Shown here in pieces: positions 12,327 to 23,524 of a stretch of 64,000 nt of DNA; position 1 is the first letter of the stretch, and each line of letters opens with the position of its first letter. A model generated the notes under the pieces. The model did no database searches. It was given only the letters and a program-made list of their open reading frames with translations, and had not been told where the DNA came from. Source of the DNA: Eledone cirrhosa (lineage: Eukaryota); NCBI GenBank assembly GCA_964016885.1, contig OZ024741.1, forward strand, positions 385,206,001 through 385,270,000. Direction: 5' to 3'. Position numbers and translations under genes: made by a program.

Positions 12327-12478
12327 TCCTTGGTGCGTGTTTATGTTATGTCCCGAACATTGGCGGTTCCACAAAGCGAGATCAATAAAATAAGTTGAAA
12401 AACTAACTACAGGGGTCTTTATGAACGACTAAATCAAGGTGGCGCCCCAGCGTAGCAGTAATTTAATTGGTGAAACCA
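12130..12478 (+). mobile_element. SINE family C with internal (TA)/(TG) microsatellite
   Basis: tRNA-like head, gccttgtgag.ggaattt...agaagccc core and ggtggcgccccagc tail; second copy at 15865-16375. Confidence 0.65.
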
Positions 12479-12479
12479 T

Positions 12480-12559
12480 GTGTGTATATATATATACATA
12501 TATACATATATATATACATATATACATATACATATATATATATACATATATATATATAC

Positions 12560-12638
<79 letters not shown>

Positions 12639-12699
12639 TATATATATATATACACACATATATATATATATACACATATATATATATATATATATACAC

Positions 12700-12730
<31 letters not shown>

Positions 12731-12787
12731 TATATATATATACACATATATATATATATATACACATATATATATATATATATACAC

Positions 12788-12820
<33 letters not shown>

Positions 12821-12957
12821 TATATATATATACACATATATATATATATATATACACATATATATATATATATATACACATATATATATATATACACATA
12901 TATATATATATATACACATATATATATATACACACATATATATATATATATATACAC

Positions 12958-12997
<40 letters not shown>

Positions 12998-13077
12998 ATA
13001 TATATATATATATACACATATATATATATATATACACATATATATATATATATACACATATATATATATATATACAC
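12480..13077. repeat. Compound (TA)n(CA)m microsatellite
   Basis: ~600 bp of TA runs punctuated by CA/CACA. Confidence 0.97.
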
Positions 13078-13245
13078 AGTCTTTTATATACGTGAATATA
13101 TAGTGTTTTAGATATGTGAATATATATATATATATTCACATATCTAAAACACTATATATTCACACATATATATAGTGCTTTAGATATGTGAATACTTATA
13201 TGAATGTGTAGGTGGGGGAAAATATGTGATGTCCATCCTAAGATA

Positions 13246-14383
13246 TATTTCTTTATTTACCATAAAGGCATAAAAAGAAGGGACAAATACAAAGGGGGGA
13301 GTTTACATACAATCGAGTAAAAAGGGTATAACATGAAAATAATCGAAAATAACCTCAAAAGGGAGGGGACGTGATGGGGGTTGCACACACCCCCGAAAAA
13401 GTGTGCAATCCTTTGCCCGGGGAGCACATGGAGAAGGTGCTCCCCTCTCCTTTACTTCTTTACCTACAGGATGGTATACAGAGAAGGCCCATTTACACGA
13501 GCCATTCTCACCACTATCACCCACCTTTCATAAAACTGCCTGTGGCCAAGCACCTCTCTCTCCATTCTTATCCTTCTTCCGAAGTGATATCGGAAGAAGT
13601 AGACCAGACTATGGCCAGAGAGGAAGTTGCCTGACCTCAGACCTTTCAATCGTGTCCACCAAACAACCTCTTTCAACATGGCTATTACGCACAGAAAAAC
13701 CGCCTTTGCTTCCTTTGTGAAGAGGGGAGGCGGCTTGATTGTCATCACGGACTCGGCGGTCAATTGAATCGGCGCCACCCGCGACAGCAGTCGTTCGGCG
13801 TAGCCCCACAGATCAGCCACGCCCGGACATTGCACCAATGCATGCGCAACGGTTTCTTCGTGACGCACGCATCTAGGGCAAATCTTTTTTGAGGGATCCC
13901 TGCCCGGGCGCCCGTGTCTGTAGAGCCTCTCTCGAACGGGTAGAGCCCCTCGGTAGCACTGCCAGGCTAGTGACTTCTGGAAGTTGTCCATTGGTCCTGG
14001 GCCGAAAGTCCTACCGAACAGGCTGGCCAGTTCGTCTTCCTCCATGTCTAGCGACTCTCCAAGGGTGTCATCGCCCCTGCTAGCCACCAGCCTTCTATAG
14101 AATGATGAGGTGGATTCTCCACCGATGGCCTGGCCCGCTTGCCAGAGAGCCCTGAGCGCCTGAGCACACTCAGTGTGCCAGTCTCCCAGTTTTCCGGATC
14201 TTTGCTTGACCCAGGACTGTAGCTCGGTGAGCGAGACGAGTCTCGGAAAGGCTCGTTTCACGAACGGAGCTCACACCGGTTGACCAGTGAGGAATACCTG
14301 TAGGTGCCGTAGCCTTACTGCGTGCCTACGCATCATCAACCACGGCATCCCCAGCCCTCCTTTCGAAGGTTGTTGGCAGCAGA
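13246..14383 (-). mobile_element. 5'-truncated Tx1/L1-clade non-LTR retrotransposon
   Basis: Reverse translation has PSKGGLGMP and zf-RVT (SLAWQCYRGALPVRERL...CPRC...ETVAHALVQC); 19-bp TSD tgatgtccatcctaagata at 13227-13245 and 14384-14402; aataaa near 3' end. Confidence 0.9.
13464..14261 (-). pseudogene. ORF2 C-terminal fragment (zinc-binding zf-RVT region) of the Tx1/L1 element
   Basis: 265-aa ORF with CPRC-x4-ETVAH-x4-C knuckle; RT core absent due to 5' truncation. Confidence 0.85.
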
Positions 14384-14760
14384 TGATGTCCATCCTAAGA
14401 TAGCACTAAAAACAGGAAGTTAATGTTTAACCACACAGTTAATATTTTAAGTACAAAGCCGTTTGCAAAAGAAAAGAAAATGACCACTACCGATATACTG
14501 TGGTGTGCTTAAGATATATAACCTGGAGGAATGAATGAAAGGCAACTTAAACACTGAAACTAGACTTAACTCACACACCCTCTATGTCTCTGCCTTTTTT
14601 TTATATACATTTAATTGTTTATGGGGGGGGGGGGGGCAATTAAATCAACCTCAGTGATTTGATTGAAACTTTATTGTATTAACCCCGGGGAGGATAAAAG
14701 AGACAATTGATCACAGCTGTATTTGAACTCAAAATGTAAAGATGCAAAAGAAACAACAGT

Positions 14761-15049
14761 GGAGGCGCATGGCCTAGTGGTATGGATGTTGGACTTACGA
14801 TCATAATGTCGTAGGTTCGATTCCTAGATTGGGTTGTGCGTTGTGCTCTTAAACCCTTCATTTTACGATGCTCCGGTACACTCAGCTGAAAATGAGTACC
14901 AGCAATAGCTGGTGATTTAACCTTGCAATGGACAGGCATCCTGTCCATGGTGGGGGAAGTCTTGTACCTTCAGTTGCTTCACACCACAGAAACTGTTATA
15001 AATACCAACCTGATGAGACTCCGGGCTCAAGACTGACTTTAGACTTTTA
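14761..15049 (+). mobile_element. Full-length tRNA-derived SINE (family A)
   Basis: A box tggcctagtgg, B box ggttcgattcc, cagctgaaaatgagtacc core, gacttt-repeat tail. Confidence 0.85.
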
Positions 15050-15864
15050 TAAAAGAAACACCAAAGTATTTTGCCTGACATTAACAATTCTGCCCTTGTC
15101 TATATATAATTAAACCCAGAAAGAAAAGGAATACACACGTGTGTTTTCTCACAATCCATAGCCACAATATTTGTCAGCAGAGTACTTAAGAACAAGTGGG
15201 TAGTAGTTCCTGTATGCCTGGCCAACAGGTGGTGTAGAACTGGGCACTAAATCACCATTTATTTCATCATCATTGTTTTTTTTAGGCTGGAGAACCACAT
15301 CTTTATGCATTCCGTTCTTAGCTTAGTTTCTATGACTGAATACCTTTCCTAATGCCAACCAATTCACAAGGTGCATCTTATCGTGGCACCAGCACTGTCT
15401 CTTTACAAAGTATACTGGGTGCATTTTATCGTCATACCAACACGAGAGAGGTTGTTTAGTCCACTGCAGTGATGTAAATAGTAACGGCACTATCACTTTA
15501 CAGAGTGTACTGGCTATATTTTATTGTGGCCAAATTATCAAAACATTCTACAGTAATAATTTACAACTTTATGCCAATCAAGCCATCAAGAAGAATGCTT
15601 CTACATGGTCGGTCAACATTCTAGAAATAATAGTAAAAAAATCCCTTAAATTATTCCCTGCCATTTCAAAAAGGAAGAAGCCATTGGGTGTCATAGATAA
15701 GAGTTTAAAAAGAAGAGGGATTGTTCCCAGTTGGAAGACATTTGATCATAAGTCTGCTCTATTATGGCTTAAGGTAGGGACTAAACAGCTTATGCCGGTG
15801 TATAAGCGATGGATGAACTACAAAGTGAGCCTTTATAGGGTTTGAACTCAGATTTATTGATATA

Positions 15865-16024
15865 GGTACAGGCATGGCTGTGTGGTTAAGCAGTTCGCTT
15901 TGCAGTTCAGATCCACTGATTGGCATCTTGCTTGAACAAGTGTCTACTACTTATAGTCACAGGTTGACCAATGCCTTGTGAGTGGAATTTGGTTAAAGGA
16001 AACTGCAGAAGCCCATCATGTATG

Positions 16025-16059
<35 letters not shown>

Positions 16060-16375
16060 CAAGCTAGAAGTAACTATAAGGTTGTATAAAATGGTTGTTA
16101 TATGTATGTATGTATGTATGTATGTATTGATTAAACTTAAAATTAACATATATTTATGATGATGATGAATTTATATACACACAAACACACTGCCGTATGT
16201 CTGTGTCAGTGTTTACATTTGTGTGTGTGTCTCTGTTTATGCCTTGTAAGTTAGCAGTTCAACAAAAAGAGATTGATAAAATGAGTACTGGGATCGATAT
16301 GATTGACTAATTCCCTTTACAGTGGTGCCCCTGCATGGCTGCAGTCTAACTACTAGAACCATCAAAAGAATATAA
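15865..16375 (+). mobile_element. SINE family C
   Basis: gcatggctgtgtggttaag head, expanded internal microsatellite, ggtgcccctgcatggctgcagtc tail. Confidence 0.7.
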
Positions 16376-16640
16376 AAGTGTTTCCTTTTTCCTTTAAAGT
16401 ACCAATCTGTTCCAGTTGCAGACACTGATCCAACATAATAAAACCACTTTCAGAAGATCAAAGTTATCAGAAAATAGCATTTTACCAATTACATAGCACT
16501 GTTTTCAGAGAAATAGAGATGAAAGTCTTGTAACATTGGCTCTATATATGTGATGAGGAGGGTGTTCAACATCTCCCAATGGCCAATATGATGTAGTCAA
16601 ACCTAACGCTTTCATTACAATATTTGCAAATGAAAACCTA

Positions 16641-16897
16641 GTGGAGGCCTAGTGATAAGTGTGTTGGACTTACGATAATAATGTCATGGGTTCTAGACTG
16701 TGTTCTTGAACAAAACACTTTATTTCATTGTTGTTCCAGTGTACTGAGCTGAGATCAGTACCAATAATAGCTGGAGGTTAAACCCTGTGATTGACTGGCG
16801 TCCTGTCCAGGGGGAGTTTTGTACTCTCAATCGCTTCATGCCCTGGAAACCGAGATAAGCACTGACCTGATGAGCCTCCGGGCTCAAGACAGAGCAA
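16641..16897 (+). mobile_element. SINE family A copy
   Basis: Colinear with 14761-15049 and 63233-63505. Confidence 0.75.
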
Positions 16898-17214
16898 TGG
16901 AAATCATTGATTCAGTGTTTAGAGAATAACTTAACAAAGGTTCTTACATAAAATTATGATAGAAAGTTGTTTTAGATATATATAAACACTTTAATTAAAT
17001 AGGTTTGTATTGTTGGTTTCAGGTGGTTTGTCATTAAAGGGGTTAAAGTAAGCATTTCTAAAGGTCTTATTCAACAGTATTATTCATTAGTAATATGACA
17101 ACAAAAAAGGTTAAACAACAAAACCCCACAGATGTCACTTTCATTCAATCATCCATATTTGAAGAGTAGAAAAGGTGCCCAGTTTTATATGACAAAAAAA
17201 AAAAAGAAAACGAT

Positions 17215-17309
17215 GGTAAAATGAGGGTTAGCTTATATTTCAGGTAAATTTTTTGCCCATTTCTCAAACATAAAATAGGGGGTCGACTTATATTCGAGTA
17301 TATACAGTA
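17215..17309. mobile_element. Terminus of a Tc1/mariner/pogo-type DNA transposon
   Basis: Ends ...ggtcgacttatattcgagtatatacag-TA, resembling C(C/T)GTATATACTCGA-type TIRs; partner TIR not found. Confidence 0.4.
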
Positions 17310-19154
17310 TGTGTCAAGGAAAACCATGATATTGTCGGGGAGAAGTGTGTACTTAATGATGACGGCGTACTTGCCATCACCGACGCTGATAAGAAGGTAG
17401 CTTGGAAGTGTCACTATGAAAGGCTACTAAATGAGGAGAATAAATGGGAGAAAGACAGTCTCCCCCACATCGACCCAATAGAGGGACCAACAGTGTTAGT
17501 CGAGGGTAGTATAATAAGTAAGGCAATCAAAGATATGAAGACAGGTAAGGCGGCTGGGCCTTCGGAAATAGTTGCCGAGATGCTGAAGGCATCTGGTACG
17601 GTGGGACACACCATGGTCACCCGGATAGTTAACCAAGTCGTACACAATGGGGTTGTTCCGAAGGACTGGCGTAGCAGCATCATCGTTAACTGTTATAAGG
17701 GTAAAGGAGATGCCCTAGATAGGAGTAACTATAGAGGCATTAAATTAATCGACCAGGTCATGAAGGTCACGGAAAAAGTAATAGCGCAACTAATCAGAGA
17801 GAGAATTGATCTAGATGAAATGCAGTTCGTGTTTGTGTTAGGCAAAAGTACCACAGACGCTCTTTTCATTGTACGACAACTACAGGAGAAGTACCTAGCT
17901 AAAAGTAAACCCCTATACTTAGCTTTTGTCGACTTGGAGAAAGCCTTCGACAGAGTCCCCCGTTCCATTATCTGGTGGGCTCTTAGAAAACTAGGTGTTG
18001 ACGAATGGCTTGTGAGAGCTATACAAGCCATGTATAAAGAAACAGTCAGCAAGGTTAGAATTAACAACGAATATAGTGAAGAGTTTAGCGTAAAAGTTGG
18101 CGTCCATCAGGGCTCTGTTCTTAGCCCCCTACTATTTATTATTGCCCTTCAGGCTATAACAGAGGAGTTCAAGACCGGTTGCCCATGGGAACTCCTATAC
18201 GCAGATGACCTAACACTCATAGCTGAATCAATGACCGAGCTAGAGAAGAAATTCCAAACATGGAAGCACGGCCTAAAATCAAAAGGCCTTAAAATTAACC
18301 TGGCTAAGACTAAAGTTCTAGTTTGTAAGAAAGAAAATAAGGCGGCGGTCCCTTCCGGGAAGTGGCCATGCTCAGTGTGTAGGAAAGGCGTAGGTAGAAA
18401 CTCCATTTTGTGTCCCAAATGCAAAGTATGGGTGCATAAAAGATGTAGTGGGATCACAGGTAAGCTAACTAAGAACATAGATTTTACATGTGGCCGGTGC
18501 TCTGGTGCAATAAGTAGCAGCAAGTGCCCACAAAATACTAGCTCTTTCAACTGCGCAGAGGGTTCTATAGAAATAGTGGACAGCTTCCGTTACCTGGGTG
18601 ACAAAATCAGCAGTGGGGGAGGGTGCTCTGAAAGTACAGTAGCTAGAGTCAGAACTGGATGGAAAAAGTTCAGAGAGCTTATACCACTATTAGCCGCTAA
18701 AGGGTTCTCCCTAAAAATGAAAGGCAGGTTGTACGATGCCTGCATACGAACAGCAATGTTGCATGGCAGTGAGACCTGGGCATTGTGTGCAGAGGATATA
18801 CGCAGACTAGAGAGAAACGAAGCTTGCATGCTCCGCTGGATGTGTAATAGTAATATACGTGAACGGCAAAGCATAAACGAACTAAGGAAAAAATTAGAAA
18901 TAAGAGGGATCAGATGTTGTTTACTCGAGAGAAGGCTACGTTGGTATGGTCACGTGATGCGCATGAAGGACGATAGCTGTATAACAAAGTGCAGGGCAAT
19001 AAAGATAGACGGTAGCCACGGAATAGGCAGACCCAGAAAAACCTGGGACGAGCTGATAAATTCCGACCTCACACACTTACACCTCACCAAGACAATGTCA
19101 CTGGACCGAGACCTTTGGCGGTACACAGTAATACCGAAGACCCGCCTTACCTAA
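17310..19154 (+). CDS. RTE reverse transcriptase (N-terminally truncated, no endonuclease) with inserted PHD-type finger
   Basis: Frame open from 17310; motifs FVDLEKAFDRV, GVHQGSVLSP, LLYADD, FRYLG, RLRWYGHV, GRPRKTW; C4HC3 at 18369-18500. Confidence 0.9.
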   Translation, partial: CVKENHDIVGEKCVLNDDGVLAITDADKKVAWKCHYERLLNEENKWEKDSLPHIDPIEGPTVLVEGSIISKAIKDMKTGKAAGPSEIVAEMLKASGTVGHTMVTRIVNQVVHNGVVPKDWRSSIIVNCYKGKGDALDRSNYRGIKLIDQVMKVTEKVIAQLIRERIDLDEMQFVFVLGKSTTDALFIVRQLQEKYLAKSKPLYLAFVDLEKAFDRVPRSIIWWALRKLGVDEWLVRAIQAMYKETVSKVRINNEYSEEFSVKVGVHQGSVLSPLLFIIALQAITEEFKTGCPWELLYADDLTLIAESMTELEKKFQTWKHGLKSKGLKINLAKTKVLVCKKENKAAVPSGKWPCSVCRKGVGRNSILCPKCKVWVHKRCSGITGKLTKNIDFTCGRCSGAISSSKCPQNTSSFNCAEGSIEIVDSFRYLGDKISSGGGCSESTVARVRTGWKKFRELIPLLAAKGFSLKMKGRLYDACIRTAMLHGSETWALCAEDIRRLERNEACMLRWMCNSNIRERQSINELRKKLEIRGIRCCLLERRLRWYGHVMRMKDDSCITKCRAIKIDGSHGIGRPRKTWDELINSDLTHLHLTKTMSLDRDLWRYTVIPKTRLT

Positions 19155-19545
19155 ATACAAAGTAAAACCTACTCCAGCCAGTAGGCATCTCTAACAAAAT
19201 ACCCCCCCCGTCCCACCCACCCCACCCCATCCACACCGCCCCTTTCAATGTAAAGTTATGTTGGTGCCACAACATCCAAGCCGAAACAAATGAGATTGTG
19301 TAGGTGTCACGTCAAAAAAACACAGTTCACGCTGTAATGTGGCCGTGTAGGTAACACGGTAAAAACCTCCCAGACCCACACTGTAAATGTGGTTGGTGTT
19401 AGGAAGGGCATCCAGCTGTAGAAAACCCGCCAGATAGTCCTATGCGAGCAAGACAATCACTCTTGCCTCAAGTGGGAAAACCCCCGTCCAAACCCATGCA
19501 AGCGTGGAACACGGACGTTAAACGTTGATGATGATGATGATGATG
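17310..19545 (+). mobile_element. 5'-truncated RTE-clade LINE
   Basis: RT ORF, ~390-bp 3' UTR and (GAT)n tail; 6-bp TSD ACAGTA at 17304-17309 and 19546-19551. Confidence 0.93.
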
Positions 19546-20140
19546 ACAGTAATCGAAAATTTGGAGAGATTTACCAATATAACAAACTTTATGTTTGGAA
19601 CATAACTTAAAGGAGTTTACATAAAATTACAATGGAAGGTTTTTAGATAAATATAAACACTTTAGTCACATATTTGTCAAATAAATGATCTTTTCAAGTT
19701 TCTGTTTAGAAGTAGGAATCTTAAGGTATTTAAGTGAAAGTAGCCTCTGGAGATCAGGAGTTATGCAGTGATCTTGAATGCAATACTCAAAGAATTTTAT
19801 GCTTGTTTAACTGTGTATCCTGGCTTTTAGAATAAGTACAACATATCCATTCATGTCGTAAGAAGCCTGGCATCAGGAAAAACATCAGGCCATAAAACAC
19901 TGCTTCAAAAAGTCCCATGCAAGCATGGAAATGCAAATGGAAAAATAATTCTGATGAAATGCATTTATACACACACGCATAATTATCTATATATGTTGCA
20001 TCCACTTTATCACAAATTCAGGCTAATATCTAAAGAGAAAAATACCTGCAGGATCAGTTGAACACATATCTCTAGTTTATGAATGTAATGTCTGAACTAT
20101 TCAACAAGTTTTGTAACACCAATACTAAAGCTACTCTAAA

Positions 20141-21383
20141 CACCACTACCCAAGCTACTTTAACACACCCATCTTTGTAACACCACTACCCAAGCTACTT
20201 TAACACACCCATCTTTGTAACACCACTACCCAAGCTACTATAACACACCCATCTTTGTAACACCACTACCCAAGCTACTTTAACACACCCATCTTTGTAA
20301 CACCACTACCCAAGCTACTTTAACACACCCATCTTTGTAACACCACAACCCAAGCTACTATAACACACCCATCTTTGTAACACCACAACCCAAGCTACTT
20401 TAACACACCCATCTTTGTAACACCACAACCCAAGCTACTTTAACACACCCATCTTTGTAACACCACAACCCAAGCTACTATAACACACCCATCTTTGTAA
20501 CACGACAACCCAAGCTACTTTAACACATCCATCTTTGTAACACCACAACCCAAGCTACTTTAACACACCCATCTTTGTAGCACCACTACCCAAGCTACTT
20601 TAACACACCTATCTTTGTAACACCACTACCCAAGCTACTTTAACACACCCATCTTTGTAACACCACTACCCAAACTACTGTAACACACCCATCTTTGTAA
20701 CACCACTACCCAAGCTACTTTAACACATCCATCTTTGTAACACCACTACCCAAGCTACTCTAATGCATCCATCTTTGTAACACCACTACCCAAGCTACTA
20801 TAACACACCCATCTTTGTAACACCACTACCCAAGCTACTCTAATGCATCCATCTTTGTAACACCACTACCCAAGCTACTTTAACGCATCCATCTTTGTAA
20901 CACCACTACCCAAGCTACTCTAATGCACCCATCTTTGTAACACCACTACCCAAGCTACTCTAATGCATCCATCTTTGTAACACCACTACCCAAGCTACTC
21001 TAATGCATCCATCTTTGTAACACCACTACCCAAACTACTGTAACACACCCATCTTTGTAACACCACTACCCAAGCTACTTTAACACACCCATCTTTGTAA
21101 CACCACAACCCAAGCTACTTTAACACACCCATCTTTGTAACACCACTATCCAAGCTACTTTAACACACCCATCTTTGTAACACCACTACCCAAGCTACTC
21201 TAATGCATCCATCTTTGTAACACCACTACCCAAGCTACTCTAATGCATCCATCTTTGTAACACCACTACCCAAGCTACTTTAACACACCTATCTTTGTAA
21301 CACCACTACCCAAGCTACTTTAACACACCCATCTTTGTAACACCACTACCCAAGCTACTCTAATGCATCCATCTTTGTAACAC
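20141..21383. repeat. 40-bp minisatellite (~31 units)
   Basis: Unit caccactacccaagctactttaacacacccatctttgtaa with a few recurring variants. Confidence 0.97.
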
Positions 21384-22189
21384 TACTCCTTCATACATTC
21401 AAAGTCGAGCCTAGTTTTGAAATATTCACAGTATGAATTATAATTATTCATTTTATTATAAATGGAATTGGCTGAGTCTTCCAAAGATACTTTGTACCCT
21501 TAATGTAATTCTCAAGCAGAATTAGCTTGTTGTCATGTGTGGCAAAGCTATCTGACAGGCTTCCAGCTTCCCTCACAAAGCTTAAGTCAACACAAGGTAG
21601 AAAATACTTGCCCAAAGTTGCTATACAGTAGGATTGAACCCGAGATTTTATCATTGTGGAGCTAACTGCTTAACCATTGTGTTACGCCTCTGTCCACTGG
21701 TGTATATTGCACATTACATAACATTTCTAGTGTAATTAAACAGATTTTTATTTATTTATCCAAATTGGCAAGATAGCAGACCTAATTCACTGACCGAGTG
21801 AGATGGAACTGGTCAGATCGGAATGTATTTTATCTGTATATTGTATGATAAAACCATGTTATATCTGTTTAATAATTTTTAATATCATTATTAAATATAC
21901 AAATTAATTAATATTATTGTTAAATATACAGATTATCATACAATTTACAGATAAAACGCATTGATACATCTCTATCAACATTGTGTAAATTTCAAAAGAT
22001 AAAATGTTGTATGAATAGGGGCCCGCAAAGATGCCAACATTAAAAACTAAAGGTCCATGGGACTAACCAGAGAGTTAATTGAACTTTGGGGCCAAAGCCT
22101 GACATTTGTATAAGAAATGAAAATACAATTTGTTTATACAAGTTTTTTATTTATATATAATTAGTCTATATTTGTAAAGTGATCATTTA

Positions 22190-22581
22190 GGTGCCACAAC
22201 AAAAAGTGCTCAGTCCACACTGTAGAGTGGTCATGTTGGTGCCATGACAAAACGTGTCCAGTCTACACTGTACAGTGATTGTGTCGGTGAAACGAGAAAA
22301 ATCACCCAGTCCACCCTGTAAAGTGATTGTGTCGGTGACACCAGAAAAAGCACCCAGTCCACCCTGTAAAGTGATTGTGTCGGTGACATGAGAAAAAGCA
22401 CCCAATCTACACTGTAAAAGTGGTTAGCGTTAGGAAGGGCATCCAGCCATAGAAACCAAGCCAGAAATAGTTCTATATGAGCAAGACAGTCATCTGATCT
22501 GACATGCCTCACAATGAAACAACTTGTCTAATCCATGCTAGGGTGGAAAAATGGACATTAAACGTTGGTGATGATGATGAT
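22190..22581 (+). mobile_element. RTE 3'-tail element with five internal 48-bp repeats
   Basis: 5x gtg.cac.agaaaaagcacccagtccac.ctgtaaagtg..., then ggaagggcatccagcc and ggacattaaacgttggt(gat)n. Confidence 0.8.
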
Positions 22582-22759
22582 TTGTCAATTTATTTTATAT
22601 TCTGTTAATTGATTTATTGTAGCATTGTAAATAAATGTGCTATTCATGCAACTACAATTCACCTACTTTTATCAATAATTAAACAGAGTACACTGTTTTA
22701 TCAAGTGTCTCAATTAACCAATATTTATCATAGCACACCCTACTTCACTAAACATTATA

Positions 22760-23235
22760 CCTTACACAATACATTTCATGCGTGCCTGTACTACACAATA
22801 CATTTCATGTGTGTATGTACTACACAACACATTTCATCAGTGTGCCTGTACTACACAACACATTACATCTGTGCATCTGTACTACACAACACATTACATG
22901 TGTGTATTTACTTCACAATACAACACATTACATCTGTGTGCCTATACTACACAACAAAACACATTACATATGTGTGCCTGTACTATACAACACATTTCAT
23001 GTGTGTGTCTATGCTACACAACACAACACATTACATGTGTATGCCTATACTACACAACACATTACATCTGTGTTCCTTTACTACACAGCACAACACATTT
23101 CATGTGTACATCTATACTATACAATACATTTCATGTGTGCCTATTCTACACAGCACAACACATTACATCTGTATGCCTATACTATACAACACATTTCTAC
23201 TGAACATTACACATCCCAGATGTATGCATTACACG
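22760..23235. repeat. Degenerate ~31-36-bp tandem repeat
   Basis: tactacacaacacatt(t/a)catgtgtgcc-type units upstream of the large satellite. Confidence 0.8.
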
Positions 23236-23524
23236 ACATATTTACCTCGACTACACATTGTACATGTGTTAATTATAGAACACACACTGCAGTAACTCTT
23301 TTGTGACTATATTTACAATGAAATACACTCTATTTCAATTAATTAGAGCAATTTTGAAGGATTCGTTAAAATATTTAATTATTAAATTAAGATGGTGACT
23401 TAACATAATATGGTTTTTTATATGAAATTATGCTGAAATATTTTAATTTAAATAAGGACCCTTTAACATACAGGGTTTTGTTTCATAGAACGAGTGTGAA
23501 ATATAATGAAATTATTGTACTTCA

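Noticed and set aside
12429-13139. Long YI/IY-rich ORFs (also at 48166-49127, 52301-52597, 57024-57769, 62913-63310)
   Set aside because: Translations of (TA)n/(CA) microsatellites, which lack stops in every frame.
14761-14830. tRNA genes at 14761, 63233 and 56666
   Set aside because: A/B boxes are present but the cloverleaf is broken, and each continues into a SINE body and tail.
15005-15035. CTGATGAG-stem-CTC in SINE tails (also 16867) as hammerheads
   Set aside because: No GAAA after the stem and no stem I/III; it is the SINE 3' hairpin.
17729-18874. Minus-strand ORFs over the RTE, plus the antisense ORFs over the Tx1, PLE and maT elements
   Set aside because: Antisense shadows of genuine transposon coding frames.
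6374-21383. 48-bp and 40-bp arrays as CRISPR
   Set aside because: Head-to-tail repeats with no unique spacers, no cas genes, eukaryotic context.
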